From: Antedon mediterranea
Taxonomy: Eukaryota > Animalia > Echinodermata
Direction of reading: 5' to 3'
DNA length: 64,000 nt
Assembly: GCF_964355755.1 (NCBI RefSeq)
Contig: NC_092670.1
Location: 28,632,388 to 28,696,387, forward strand
Numbering within the stretch: the first letter of the stretch is position 1; the number at the start of each line of letters is the position of its first letter. The position numbers and the translations under genes are program-made. Below the pieces are notes generated by a model. The model made no database searches. It was not told the origin of the DNA and saw only the letters and a program-made list of their open reading frames with translations. Shown piece by piece: positions 23,384 to 37,265 of this stretch.

Positions 23384-25914
23384 ATGGCTAATGCAACAAT
23401 GCAACACATAGAAATGGCTGACAAACTAATTAAATCTAAGAAAACTAAAAAGAAAAAGTTTATTCTGTTGCTGTCGGGAAACTACCAGGTATATATTTAT
23501 CCTGGCTGGAATGCCAAGCAAACACTGATGGCTATCACGGAGCTTTATTCCAATAATTTTTTAGTGTTGAAAAAGCCGAAAAATGGGGTGTGCAATGACT
23601 TAGAATGTACTGATGCAACTAAAGTCAATGATGCGGAACTACCTTTAGTAAATACAGCCATTGAAAGTAACAAAATAGATACTGAATGTAATGATACATT
23701 ACATGACCTGGTAACCACTGATGTAAATGACCTCCAAAACATCCATTCCGCTTGCACTCAATCACATTTTGATCACTCATTAGCTTCTCCAAATCTATCT
23801 GATTTGTTAAAAGAAAACTGAAAATGAGAATAGATTCCTGAAAGATAAATTACTAGCTAAAAACAATGATTGTGCTATTTTGTTTGAAGCTGTAAAAGAT
23901 ATTCAACGTGAGCTTAATGAATTTAAAAAAGAGGTTAAATCCCTACAAGAAAATAGAAAATTCAAACAGAATATAAATATTAAATTCGAAGCTCTTAAGT
24001 CCGATGTAACACATTTGCAGCATACTTTACAACTGTTGTAGCAAAAAGATAAGGAAGTGACAAAACTATACGATCTACTTATCTCAGCTCATAAAAATGC
24101 TGCTAAAGCCAAAGATGAAGCATACGATGCGAAAATAACCCAAGTTGCTATTGACACATCTGACTTTATTACTGTGAAGGGGCATAGTGTTACTCAACAT
24201 AAAACCTGTCCCCAACTTGGTCTATACATCTGACCTCATTGGACCTCCCGAAACAAAATCGGTCTAATGTAGAACCAAATTGTTACAGTAAAGTTATCGA
24301 TGATTCTCGGACTTATTCTGAGCAGCTAATTGACACTCTATATAACGCATTGGACACGACTAGCCCTACTAATGATGTAACGAAGAGTAATGGAAAAGTT
24401 GATTCTTATCAACTACAGCTTCATAAATACCGTAATAAACATAAAGCACTAAGCGAAACAAAAAAAATTGCTGATAAAACTGCTAGTACTCAAGATTACA
24501 CAATTCCAGCTGACGTTCTGATTATTGGCGATTCAATGATTAAACATATTCGTCCCAAACGATTAAGTAATTCTGCTGAAAAAAAGGTGGTATGCCACAC
24601 TATGCGTGGTGCAAAAATAGAAGACCTCGCGCATTGTGCCAAGCGTATTGCAGTAAAACATGGTGTTGAAAGAGTGATTGTTCATGTGGGAACTAACAAT
24701 AGAAATGACAGTTCAGACACTTTGACCTAAAAACCGACATATCTGTGTGAAACCTTGAAGCCAATAAAGTGCACAGTTTCCTCCATCATACACCGACGCA
24801 ACCAGACAGTCTCGAAATGTGATGATGTAGAGAAAGAAAATCACCATATGAAACTCATATGCAAAGAGAATGGCTGGGGATTTATTGATAATACAAATAT
24901 TCCATTCATGAAACTATCTTCTGATGGAGTTCATCTTAGCCCACGAGGAACAAGTACTCTGGCGAAGAACATTATTGATCACATAATGTAATATAATGTT
25001 GCGTTGTTGAGGTACTAATGAAGACTCTGACTCGCTTGACTGTCGTAACACATATATTGTTTATTCAGTATAATACTTCAGTACAATATACAACTATAAG
25101 TATAGATAAGGAACGGAGGGTCAATGATTGATGCTGTCGGTGAGGTGTGAAGTGTGTAGGTCTGCTTCTGAAGAAGTGGCTGTGAGGTGTAGATGTTCTT
25201 CTGAAAAGTGGCTGTGAGGTGTAGATGTTCTTCTGAAGAAGTGGCTGTGAGGTGTAGATGTTCTTCTGAAGAAGTGGCTGTGAGGTGTAGATGTTCTTCT
25301 GAAGAAGTGGCTGTGAGGTGTGTCTGGGCCCTTCTGAAACTTGGGAGTATATTGGCTCAGTTCATTTGCATATGTCACTACGTAATCTGTGAGGGTAACG
25401 ATTGGTCCTAAGTTGATCCAGGGGTGTTTAAGTGGGAGTGATTAACGGTATAATAAGGTATTTCTGTGATGGATGACACTGTCAAATCTGTACTTAAATA
25501 GTGTCAATCACTCCTGGTTTAACGATGGGAAAAGTCACAAAATTAAGCTAAGTGTTTTCTTTAGGGATTCTATTATAAACTAAATGGTCATTAAAACATC
25601 TGGACAAACTCTCCTCTGGACTTTCTGGGTCAAGTTTGTGAACTTATTTGAATTCTGATACAAAGGTCGATTTCTTAAATATAAAAGTATATCGTTATAT
25701 TACAATAAGTAGTGAGTCGGCGATGAGTCCACCTCCGTCATTTTATCTGCTCTCAAATCAGTACCAACCACTTCGTCAGAGAGAATGCGTCAATCATCAA
25801 CAAGGGACTATAAAAATAGATGCAAGAAAAGAAAGAAAAGAGTGGTTCAAGTACCTGGAACTTGTACGAGAGCTGCTAAATCCACGAAAACCTACTGTAC
25901 CTACAAAAATTTAA
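23384..25914 (+). pseudogene. LINE ORF1: coiled-coil + SGNH/GDSL esterase domain, disrupted
   Basis: Motifs IIGDSM, VHVGTN and DGVHL; stops, frameshifts and a 718-bp insertion. Confidence 0.88.
24987..25704 (-). mobile_element. Solo-LTR-like insertion (TG...CA, 4-bp TSD ATAA) with internal 33-bp tandem repeats
   Basis: Absent from LINE copy 2 (empty site CACATAAGTAG). Ends TGTAATATAA...TTATATTACA, flanked by ATAA on both sides. Minus-strand TATTTAA near 25495 and AATAAA near 25062 suggest the orientation. Confidence 0.8.
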
Positions 25915-28783
25915 TTCAAATTCTGCAAATTCGTCACTTATATTTTGTTTGCTAAATGCTCGTTCATTGCGTAACAAAAGTGATGAATTCACAGACTTTG
26001 TTGTTAGTAATGACATTGATATCGTGTCGGTGTCTGAAACATGGCTTCGACCTGATGACAACCTCTCCATTGGAAACATAACTCCACTTGGATATTGTTT
26101 CAAACATGTTCCTAGATTGGATAAAATCGGTGGAGGGGTTGGAATTTTATTTAAATCTAGTCTAAGTGTTAATATGAAAAATGATGTAAATGTTTATTCT
26201 TCATTTGAATCAATACATTTACAGTTTACATTAAGTTCAAAAACAATTTATATTGTATGCATCTATAGACCACCGAGTTTGTCTGTCACCGACTTTCTTA
26301 ATAAATTTGAAAATATGATTTTTGATTATCTCATTATTCCATCAGAAATTGTGGTGATTTTAATATCCACATTGATGAAAATGAGAATATCGCTGCAAAT
26401 AAATGTAATCGTCTATTGCAGTCTTTCAATCTTATACAGCATGTAAATGTACCTACGCATGATGGTGGTCATTGTCTTGATCTCATTATTACTAGAGATG
26501 TTTCTCTGATCTCGGGGATCACTGCAAAACCGGGTATCTCTGATCATTTTTCTATACTTTGTAGTCTCGATTTCAAGAAACCACCTCTTCCTAAATCTAA
26601 AATTTAAATCCGAAATATAAACAGTATTGATACAACAATATTTTCAAATGACATACAAGCTCGGTTGTCTGATATACATGATGTTACTTTGCAAGAAAAT
26701 ATTGAAAGATACTGCTCTTTAAGAGAAGTTATGGATAAACACGCACCTTTAAAAACAAAATGTATCAAACTAAATTCTTCAAAACCGTGGTATACTGATG
26801 AAATTAGATCTGCGAGAAAACTCCGTCGCGTATTTGAGAGAAAATGGATGAAATCAAAAAATACCTTAGATAGACAGAAATATTGTCATCAGTGGTGTAT
26901 TGTTAATATGCTTGTTGAAAGTTCTAAGAAACAATATTATTCTGATCTGGTCGAAGATTGCTCAGGTGATCAGAAGAAGCTGTTTGAAGTTGTAAACAAT
27001 CTTTTACACTGTTCTAAATCGTCGGTGCTTCCATTTTCTCACTCAGATGAGTTGCTTGCAGAAAGAATTTCCGTATTTTTTAAAAATAAAATTGTTAATA
27101 TTCGTAAACTTCTTGTTAAAGATAGTGCTGGAAGTTTGTCTCATTACTTTAATAACGACGTATGCTGTGAAAATTATAATTGTCCCTCCCTTTGTAAATT
27201 TGAACCTGCAAGTGAAAAAGAAATTTCTGAAATTGTCAAAAACTCGCCTGCTAAATCTTGCAGTCTTGATCCAGTTCCTACTCTGTTAATTAAGAGAAAT
27301 GCTGTTGTTTTTGTTCCACTAATTACACGTGTCGTTAATCTGTCTTGGAAAACTGGGGTTTTGCCAAATATTTGTAAAATCTCGCACATACGTCCTCAAT
27401 TAAAGAAATCGGATGTTGATCCTGAAAAGCTATCCAATTACAGACCAGTATCAAATCTGTGTTTTCTTGGAAAAGTAATTGAAAAAGTGGTATCTAAACG
27501 TATACTATCACATGTAAAGGATAATTCTTTACTTGACCCGTTTCAATCAGCGTATAAAGTACATCACAGTACTGAAACTGCACTGCTGCGCGTTAGCAAT
27601 GATATACTTCGTGCGATGGATGTTGGAAAAGTAACTGCTTTAATTTTACTTGATTTGAGTGCTGCGTTTGATACGGTAGATCATAGTATTCTGACTGAGA
27701 GGTTGCATGCTTCTATTGGGTTTGAGGGATGTGCACTAAGATGGTGTCAATCATACTTGGAGGACAGACCTCAACCCATTTGTATTAGAGAGGTAATCTC
27801 TCAACCTACCACTTTAAATTACTCTGTTCCGCAAGGATCTGTGTTAGGTGCACAATTGTTTACAATTGATGTATATCCTATTCGTGATATCATTAAGAAA
27901 TATAATCTTAGCTATCATGTTTACGCTGATGACACTCAGATATATATATATATATCGTTTAAACCTAACATGACACAGAGTGAATTATCAATTGATTTGC
28001 TTGAAAATGTATCTCTGAAATTCGTTTCTGGATGGCCAAAGACTTTTTGAAACTTAATGATGATAAGACTGAGTTCATTCTATTTGGTTCGCAACAACAA
28101 TTAGAGATAATTCCACCTAGGAGGGTTTCCATTGGTAACTTTTGTACTAAAAATACTACACAAGTTAGAAATCTTGGTGTAATTCTGGATTCTAATATGA
28201 CAATGACGGCTCATATTTCTAAAATTACGTCTGTATCGTTATATCATTTCAGAAATATTCGAGGCATCAGAAAATACTTAAATCTTGCAGCTGCTGAGCA
28301 ACTTGTACATGCATTTGTTAGTTCGCGTCTCGATGTTTAACTCCTTGTTATATTGTCTCCCACAAAAACAACTCTACAGGCTTCAGCTGATTCAAAATAC
28401 AGCGGCACGAGTTGTTAAAAAACTACCAAGATATGCACACATATCAAATACCTTGTAAACTTTGCATTGGCTTCCTGTTAGGTACCGCATTGTTTTTAAA
28501 TTATTACTCTGTGTTTTTAAGTCTATTAATGGCATGGCTCCTGAATATATTTCTGACATGCTTAGGTTGTATGTTCCCAGACGGAATCTGCGTTCTAGTG
28601 AAACGCTGCTTCTACATCAACCTAAGTCTCACCACTCATGGGGAGACAGAGCTTTCACCGTTACTGCTCCTCGTCTATGGAATGCTCTACCGAGCTCTAT
28701 CAGATTTTCTGTTGATACTTTTAAAAAAATTATTAAAAACACATTTATTCATTAAGGCATATGGAAATCATGAGGTTTCTTAA
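25785..28783 (+). pseudogene. LINE ORF2: apurinic endonuclease + reverse transcriptase, frameshifted
   Basis: LNARSL, VSETW, YRPP, NYRPVSNL, LDLSAAFDTVDH, PQGSVLG, YADD, LHWLP. Confidence 0.95.
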
Positions 28784-29088
28784 AGTTCTGGAATTTTATA
28801 GTATACTTTTTCCTGACCAGCATTATCTTTGGGGTGCCTTTGTCTTGGTTGTTGTCTCTGAGCACCCGGTCGTCTGTGGCAAGGCAAATGTGTATCCTGT
28901 TCCTTTGTTTGGTCACCTAGGTAGGGGTCCGGGACCCCGACAGAATGAGAACGGATGGGGACCCTCCAAAGAAATTGCATTTTATTTGTCAGGCATTTGT
29001 ATGATTTTTTTTTTTTTTTTTTTTAATCCGCCTTGAGCACTCTTGAGAGGTATGTGCGCTATAAAAATCCTGTTATTATTATTATTAT

Positions 29089-29803
29089 CTCTCACTGATC
29101 TATCGCTCTCTCGCTGATCTATCTCTCTCTCGCTGATCTATCTCTCTCTCTCGCTGATCTATCTCTCTCTCGCTGATCTATCTCTCTCGCTGATCTATCT
29201 CTCTCTCGCTGATCTATCTCTCTCTCGCTGATCTATCTCTCTCTCTCGCTGATCTATCTCTCTCTCGCTGATCTATCTGTCTCTCGCTGATCTATATCTC
29301 TCGCTGATCTATCTCTCTCGCTGATCTATCTCTCTCTCGCTGATCTATCTCTCTCGCTGATCTATCTCTCTCTCGCTGATCTACCTCTCTCTCGCTGATC
29401 TATCTCTCTCGCTGATCTATCTCTCTCTCGCTGATCTATCTGTCACTCGCTGATCTATCTCTCTCTCGCTGATCTATATCTCTCTCGCTGATCTATCTCT
29501 CTCTCGCTGATCTATCTCTCTCTCGCTGATCTATCTCTCTCTCGCTGATCTATCTCTCTCTCGCTGATCTATCTCTTTCTCGCTGATCTATCTCTCTCTC
29601 GCTGATCTATCTCTCTCTCGCTGATCTATCTCTCTCTCGCTGATCTATCTCTCTCTCGCTGATCTTTCTCTCTCTCGCTGATCTATATCTCTCTCGCTGA
29701 TCTATATCTCTGTATCTCTGATCTATCTCTCTCTCTCGCTGATCTATCTCTCTCTCTCGCTGATCTATCTCTCTCTCTCGCTGATCTATCTCTCTCTCTC
29801 TCG

Positions 29804-29867
<64 letters not shown>

Positions 29868-32800
29868 GCTGATCTATCTCTCTCGCTGATCTATCTCTCT
29901 CTCTCGCTGATCTATCTCTCTCTCTCTCGCTGATCTATCTCTCTCTCGCTGATCTATCTCTCTCTCGCTGATCTATCTCTCTCACTGATCTATATCTCTC
30001 TCGCTGTTCTATCTCTCTCTCGCTGATCTATCTCTCTCTCGCTGATCTATCTCTCTCTCGCTGATCTATCTCTCTCTCGCTGATCTATCTCTTTCTCGCT
30101 GATCTATCTCTCTCTCGCTGATCTATCTCTCTCTCACTTATCTATCTCTCTCTCGCTGATCTATCTCTGTCTCGCTGATCTATCTCTGTCTCGCTGATCT
30201 ATCTCTGTCTCGCTGATCTATCTCTGTCTCGCTGATCTATCTCTCTGTCTCGCAGATCTATCTCTGTCTCGCTGATCTATCTCTCTCTCGCTGATCTATC
30301 TCTCTCTCTCGCTGATCTGTCTCTCTCTCGCTGATCTTTCTCTCTCTCGCTGATCTATCTCTCTCTCTCGCTGATCTGTCTCTGTCTCGCTGATCTGTCT
30401 CTGTTTCGCTGATCTATCTCTCTCTCGCTGATCTGTCTTTCTCTCGCTGGTCTGTCTCTCTCTCGCTGATCTATCTCTCTCTCCCTGATCTATCTCTCTG
30501 TCGCTGATCTATCTCTCTCTCGCTGATCTTTCTCTCTCTCGCTGATCTGTCTCTCTCTCGCTGATCTTTCTCTCTCTCGATGATCTATCTCTCTCTCGCT
30601 GATCTGTCTCTGTCCCGCTGATCTGTATCTGTCTCGCTGATCTGTCTCTTTCTCGCTGATCTGTCTCTCTCTCGCTGATCTGTCTCTCTCTCGCTGATCT
30701 GTCTCTCTTTCGCTGATCTGTCTTTCTCTCGCTGGTCTGTCTCTCTCTCTCGTTGATCTGTCTCTCTCTCGCAGATCTGTCTCTCCCTCGCTGATCTGTC
30801 TCTCTCTCGCTGATATATATCTCTCTCGCTGATCTATCTCTCTCTCGCTGATCTATCTGTCTCTCTCGCTGATCTTTCTCTCTCTCTCTCTCTCGCTGAT
30901 CTATCTCTCTCTCGCTGATCTATCTCTCTCTCGCTGATCAATCTCTGTCTCGCTGATCTATCTCACTCTCGCAGATCTATCTCTGTCTCGCTGATCTATC
31001 TCTGTCTCGCTGATCTATCTCTGTCTCGCTGATCTATCTCTGTCTCGCTGATCTACTATCTCTGTCTCGCTGATCTATCTCTGTCTCGCTGATCTATCTC
31101 TCTCTCCCTGATCTATCTCTCTGTCGCTGATCTATCTCTGTCTCGCTGATCTATCTCTCTCTCGCAGATCTATCTATGTCTCGCTGATCTATCTCTGTCT
31201 CACTGATCTATCTCTGTCTCGCTGATCTATCTCTGTCTCGCTGATCTATCTCTGTCTCGCTGATCTATCTCTCTCTCCCTGATCTTTCTCTCTCTCGCTG
31301 ATCTATCTCTGTCTCGCTGATCTATCTCTCTGTCTCACTGATCTATCTCTGTCTCGCTGATCTATCTCTCTGTCTCGCTGATCTATCTCTATGTCTCGCT
31401 GATCTATCTCTCTGTCTCGCTGATCTATCTCTGTCTCGCTGATCTATCTCTCTGTCTCACTGATCTATCTCTCTGTCTCGCTGATCTATCTCTCTGTCTC
31501 GCTGATCTATCTATCTCTCGCTGATCTATCTCTCTCTCTCGTTTATCTATCTCTCTCTCGCTGATCTATCTCTCTCGCTGATCTATCTGTTTCTCTCGCT
31601 GATCTATCTCTCTCTCGCTGATCTATCTCTCTCTCGCTGATCTATCTCTCTCTCTCGCTGATCAATCTCTGTCTCGCTGATCTATCTCTCTCTCTCTCGC
31701 TGATCTATCTCTCTGTCTCGCTGATCTATCTATCTCTCGCTGATCTATCTCTCTCTCGCTGATCTATCTCTCTCTCGCTGATCTATCTCTCTCTCTCGCT
31801 GATCTATCTCTTTCTCGCTGATCTATCTCTCTCTCGCTGATCTATCTCTCTCTCGCTGATCTATCTCTCTCTCGCTGATCTATCTCTGTCTCGCTGATCT
31901 ATCTCTGTCTCGCTGATCTATCTCTGTCTCGCTGATCTATCTCTGTCTCGCTGATCTATCTCTCTGTCTCGCAGATCTATCTCTGTCTCGCTGATCTATC
32001 TCTCTCTCGCTGATCTATCTCTCTCTCTCGCTGATCTGTCTCTCTCTCGCTGATCTTTCTCTCTCTCGCTGATCTATCTCTCTCTCTCGCTGATCTGTCT
32101 CTGTCTCGCTGATCTGTCTCTGTTTCGCTGATCTATCTCTCTCTCGCTGATCTGTCTTTCTCTCGCTGGTCTGTCTCTCTCTCGCTGATCTATCTCTCTC
32201 TCCCTGATCTATCTCTCTGTCGCTGATCTATCTCTCTCTCGCTGATCTTTCTCTCTCTCGCTGATCTGTCTCTCTCTCGCTGATCTTTCTCTCTCTCGAT
32301 GATCTATCTCTCTCTCGCTGATCTATCTCTGTCTCGCTGATCTGTATCTGTCTCGCTGATCTGTCTCTTTCTCGCTGATCTGTCTCTCTCTCGCTGATCT
32401 GTCTCTCTCTCGCTGATCTGTCTCTCTTTCGCTGATCTGTCTTTCTCTCGCTGGTCTGTCTCTCTCTCTCGTTGATCTGTCTCTCTCTCGCAGATCTGTC
32501 TCTCCCTCGCTGATCTGTCTCTCTCTCGCTGATATATATCTCTCTCGCTGATCTATCTCTCTCTCGCTGATCTATCTGTCTCTCTCGCTGATCTTTCTCT
32601 CTCTCTCTCTCGCTGATCTATCTCTCTCTCGCTGATCTATCTCTCTCTCGCTGATCAATCTCTGTCTCGCTGATCTATCTCTCTCTCGCAGATCTATCTC
32701 TGTCTCGCTGATCTATCTCTGTCTCGCTGATCTATCTCTGTCTCGCTGATCTATCTCTGTCTCGCTGATCTACTATCTCTGTCTCGCTGATCTATCTCTG

Positions 32801-34253
32801 TCTCGCTGATCTATCTCTCTCTCCCTGATCTATCTCTCTGTCGCTGATCTATCTCTGTCTCGCTGATCTATCTCTCTCTCGCAGATCTATCTCTGTCTCG
32901 CTGATCTATCTCTGTCTCACTGATCTATCTCTGTCTCGCTGATCTATCTCTGTCTCGCTGATCTATCTCTGTCTCGCTGATCTATCTCTCTCTCCCTGAT
33001 CTATCTCTCTCTCGCTGATCTATCTCTGTCTCGCTGATCTATCTCTCTGTCTCACTGATCTATCTCTGTCTCGCTGATCTATCTCTCTGTCTCGCTGATC
33101 TATCTCTATGTCTCGCTGATCTATCTCTCTGTCTCGCTGATCTATCTCTGTCTCGCTGATCTATCTCTCTGTCTCACTGATCTATCTCTCTGTCTCGCTG
33201 ATCTATCTCTCTGTCTCGCTGATCTATCTATCTCTCGCTGATCTATCTCTCTCTCTCGTTTATCTATCTCTCTCTCGCTGATCTATCTCTCTCGCTGATC
33301 TATCTGTTTCTCTCGCTGATCTATCTCTCTCTCTCGCTGATCTATCTCTCTCTCGCTGATCTATCTCTTTCTCGCTGATCAATCTCTGTCTCGCTGATCT
33401 ATCTCTCTGTCTCGCTGATCTATCTCTCTGTCTCGCTGATCTATCTATCTCTCGCTGATCTATCTCTGTCTCGCTGTACTATCTCTGTCTCGCTGATCTA
33501 TCTCTGTCTCACTGATCTATCTCTGTCTCGCTGATCTATCTCTCTCTCCCTGATCTATCTCTCTCTCGCTGATCTATCTCTCTCTCCCTGATCTATCTCT
33601 CTGTCGCTGATCTATCTCTCTCTCGCTGATCTTTCTCTCTCTCGCTGATCTGTCTCTCTCTCGCTGATCTTTCTCTCTCTCGCTGATCTATCTCTCTCTC
33701 GCTGATCTGTCTCTGTCTCGCTGATCTTTCTCTGTTTCGCAGATCTATCTCTGTCTCGCTGATCTGTATCTGTCTCGCTGATCTGTCTCTTTCTCGCTGA
33801 TCTGTCTCTCTCTCGCTGATCTGTCTCTCTCTCGCTGATCTGTCTCTCTCTCGCTGATCTGTCTATCTCTCGCTGGTCTGTCTCTCTCTCGCTGATCTCT
33901 CTCTTTCTCGCTGATCTATCTCTCTCGCTGATCTATCTCTCTCTCACAGATCTATCTCTCTCTCGCTGATCTGTCTCTCTCTCTCGCTGATCTATCTCTC
34001 TCTCGCTGATCTATCTCTCTCTCACTGATCTATCTCTCTCTCGCTGATCTATCTCTCTCTCGCTGATCTATCTCTCTCTTGCTGATCTATCTCTCTCTCG
34101 CTGATCTATCTCTCTTTCGCTGATCTATCTTTCTCTCTCTCGCTGATCTATCTCTCTCTCGCTGATCTATCTCTCTCTCGCTGATCTATCTCTCTCTCTC
34201 TGGCTGATCTATCTCTCTCTCTCTCGTTGATCTATCTCTCTGTCGCTGATCTA
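29089..34253 (+). repeat. Satellite array 3, including an (AT)n run (29806-29864) and a 1.7-kb internal duplication
   Basis: Variant ATCTACTATC at 31051 and 32768; GTTTATC at 31541 and 33258. Confidence 0.97.
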
Positions 34254-35390
34254 TAATAATAATAATAATAACAGGATTTTTATAGCGCACATACCACTCA
34301 AGAGTGCTCAAGGCGCATTAAAAAAAAATAAAAACAAATCATACAAATGCCTGACAAATAAAATGCAATTTCTTTGGAGGGTCCCCATCCGTTCTCGTTC
34401 TGTCGCGGTCCCGGACGCGATTTTTTTTTTCGTACATAAGTTGGGGACCCCCTCATGAAACGTCACAAAATAAACATGAATAATTCATCAGTTAAATTTT
34501 CTTGTTCCATGTGCACCCAAGCGTATAGCAACAAGAAGTGACAGTTTACACAAGTGTGGTACGATTCTAGGCCTATCTCCGCTGTGGTTGCCGCGTGCGA
34601 TTTCATAATACTAATAGAATAGCGGCGTTTTGTGTGGATTGTCGAAATAATCAGCCTTTAGTTTGGTGTTTTTAATATAATTTATTACTAAAGAATTACG
34701 TGTTAAAATTATAGTTTCTATTGATACTATTAGCCTAATTACTAGTCTCTAAACCCATGTCTATTCTAGTAGTAGCTGTGTTGGTGTGTGTGACGTGTGT
34801 GTTAGTTAGGTATGACACAGTCCGAGTAATAGGCCTAAGTCAGCAAAATTAAACAATAAACATTACACAAAAATACATTTTTTATTCTCGTGGGTCTAAT
34901 CCCATCTCATGTGTTCATATACGTGCATTTTTAAAGTTTCTTTGAGTACATGCATATTGTTTGATAATAAAATAGCAGAATAAAAAAATTACAGTACACA
35001 CATTATACACATTCTTTATTCTTGTGGGTCTAAGCTTTCTTTGGGCTATGTCCAATTACTACTTAGTTTAATGTCTTGTCTAGCTGTCGATTAGCCTCCA
35101 CACATTTGCATAGTAGTGGACTAGGCCTTACGGTGAAGATGAAAACATTTTTTCTTGTTCCTCATTAAGCATAATAAGTGAACTCTCTTGATTCATATAC
35201 ATAAAAATAAATTAATCACGTATTAAAAAGTTCCACGAAAATTTTCCTGACATTTTAAAGAAATCTTGATTTTAAAAGTATAAAAGAATATATTTTCGCA
35301 GTTGCCATTTTGTATCACATGACATCAGTTAAACCAATCATACGCGACGTTTAGGCAGCAGACGTCAAAATCACACGATGTAAACACGAA

Positions 35391-37265
35391 ATGGCGTCCG
35401 ACGAGGAAGGATCTTCTCGCTCAGACAAAGTAAAGTTGAAATGTTTTTTACAAATTTACAAGCATTCAAATGAAATTATCAGTCCAATTACTGAGATTCG
35501 ATGGAATAAAGTGTTGCTCTGTTCAAAGAGTTGGATAAAATTAGATGGAGACGGCAAGGAAATCGCCATACATTTGACGGAGCTTCTTGTTTGACGATGT
35601 CGTACACGAGCATCCAGGCTTAGGTTTTCATGCTACCTGTTACAGGCGATATACTGATACATCTCGACTAAAAAAGGTAATATTTGGTTTCGATTATTAT
35701 CAGAATACTCTAAGAGTTAATAATATAGTTAAATGATACAGTATATAGGGTGCTACTGATCTATATATCTATAGATAGGCCTAGATCTATATTGTGCCCT
35801 TATTTAGAGTTTCTGTGCTTGGTTGTTGATTGGGCTTTCTACTACTGTAGTACCAGTACTACTACGTAGGCCTAGGCCCTAGGCCATATTATTTTATACA
35901 GTATATATTATTCAGTAGGCTACACAATTAATTTTAGTTAAATACCAATATAGGCTCTATATTCTGGAAAGTGAGTAAAACGTAACTTTCTAAAACTCTT
36001 GTTGGTTTTTTGAATTTACATTTTTAATTTTTTTTTTATTTGCTTCAGTCTAAATGTTGAATTTTTAAACACAAAAATCTATAAAAAAATAAAATATATT
36101 TTAATAATATTTATTATTATTTACAGGGAATTGGAAAGTGTTTTTTTAACATATAAGCAAAGCTATAAGGTATTTTGCAGAGATGTAATTGATAAACGGT
36201 TACAGTATGGACAGGAGATACCAAGACTCGCAAAACTCCAAAAGCTTTTCATGAAATCAATTGAAAAAACAGAAAATGTTTACTTGTCAACTATAAGGTA
36301 GGCTGTCGATCCCTTCTTAAAAACGATGAAATAATTGTAATATTTTTGAGATCCAGTTACTGTAATAATTTCTTCATTGTATCTGTGTTACAATTAATTA
36401 TAATCAATTAATGTGTTATTTATAGATCAGACGTGTTGAAGAAGAAGCTCAGGATGGATTATCCTAACCTAATTTTTCATTCACCCACAAGTTGCTTAGT
36501 GTGTTTATATTAAATGATTATTTCACCAGGGATAATTTAAAAAAAAATCTTTTTGTGGATTGGTCAAACTAAATATTTTGTTTATTTTTTCTTAATTAGA
36601 AATGAATCAGTTCTGGTGTACTTTAGCAATGTATCCCCTGGATTTGTGGCTGATCCATTTTTGTCATCAGGAAAAAGTACAACGGAGACAGATGAATCAT
36701 CAGAGTATGACATACATATTCCAACTACTTCTACAACACACGAAATCTCCACTGATGGTGACAATAGAGACAAACTAAGGACTCTATATTTTGCAGGTAC
36801 GGTTAAAATACAATAACTTGTATATATTGGTTTATTTTTAAATAACAACAATAAATGTTATTGCATAATTAAGGAAATGCTGTGGATCAAAGAGGTGAAA
36901 GCTGTATGCACTCAAAAAACAAAACTGTTATGATAGTAAGTGGTGTCGATCATAAATGCTGTACACAATACAGTATATGCTTTATATAAATTTATTATTA
37001 CTATGTTTCATTCATCGAATGCTATAAAATATACTTGCAGGTACGATAGTAAATAATGCCATCAAATCAAACAAAGGTATGCAGAGTGAATGGCCTCCAA
37101 GAGCAGCAGACATTAATGATGTTGACATATCTGAAATTGTGCCATATGAGTTGTTTAATCTAATCGCAAAGTGTGTTGGTGCTGCAGAAGATACTATACA
37201 AACCTCATTTTCAGATGTTACTGAAGAAACTCGAACGAAAATTTTATCGATATATGCCAGGAAAT
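35391..37265 (+). pseudogene. Spliced N-terminal fragment of an Academ-like transposase (no catalytic core)
   Basis: Approximate exons 35391-35676, 36127-36297, 36426-36495, 36600-36797 and 37041-37265 encode FHATCYRRYT, LKKKLRMDYPNLIF, LRTLYFAG, EWPP...VPYELFNLI...KILSI. I recognise this motif order from Academ transposases. Frameshifts are present. Confidence 0.65.

Larger units (their letters stand above)
22984..29088 (+). mobile_element. L2/CR1-group LINE, near full length, copy 1 (inactive)
   Basis: 5' UTR, esterase ORF1, APE-RT ORF2, 3' end CGCCTTGAG...GCGCTATAAAAAT followed by an (ATT)n tail; satellite on both sides. Confidence 0.95.

Noticed and set aside
25121-25411. ORFs with 11-aa repeats
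   Set aside because: Products of the 33-bp tandem repeat within the LTR-like insert.
28761-29036. Short ORFs on both strands in the LINE 3' UTR (also 41925-42138)
   Set aside because: No recognisable motifs; similarity between the copies is explained by LINE paralogy.
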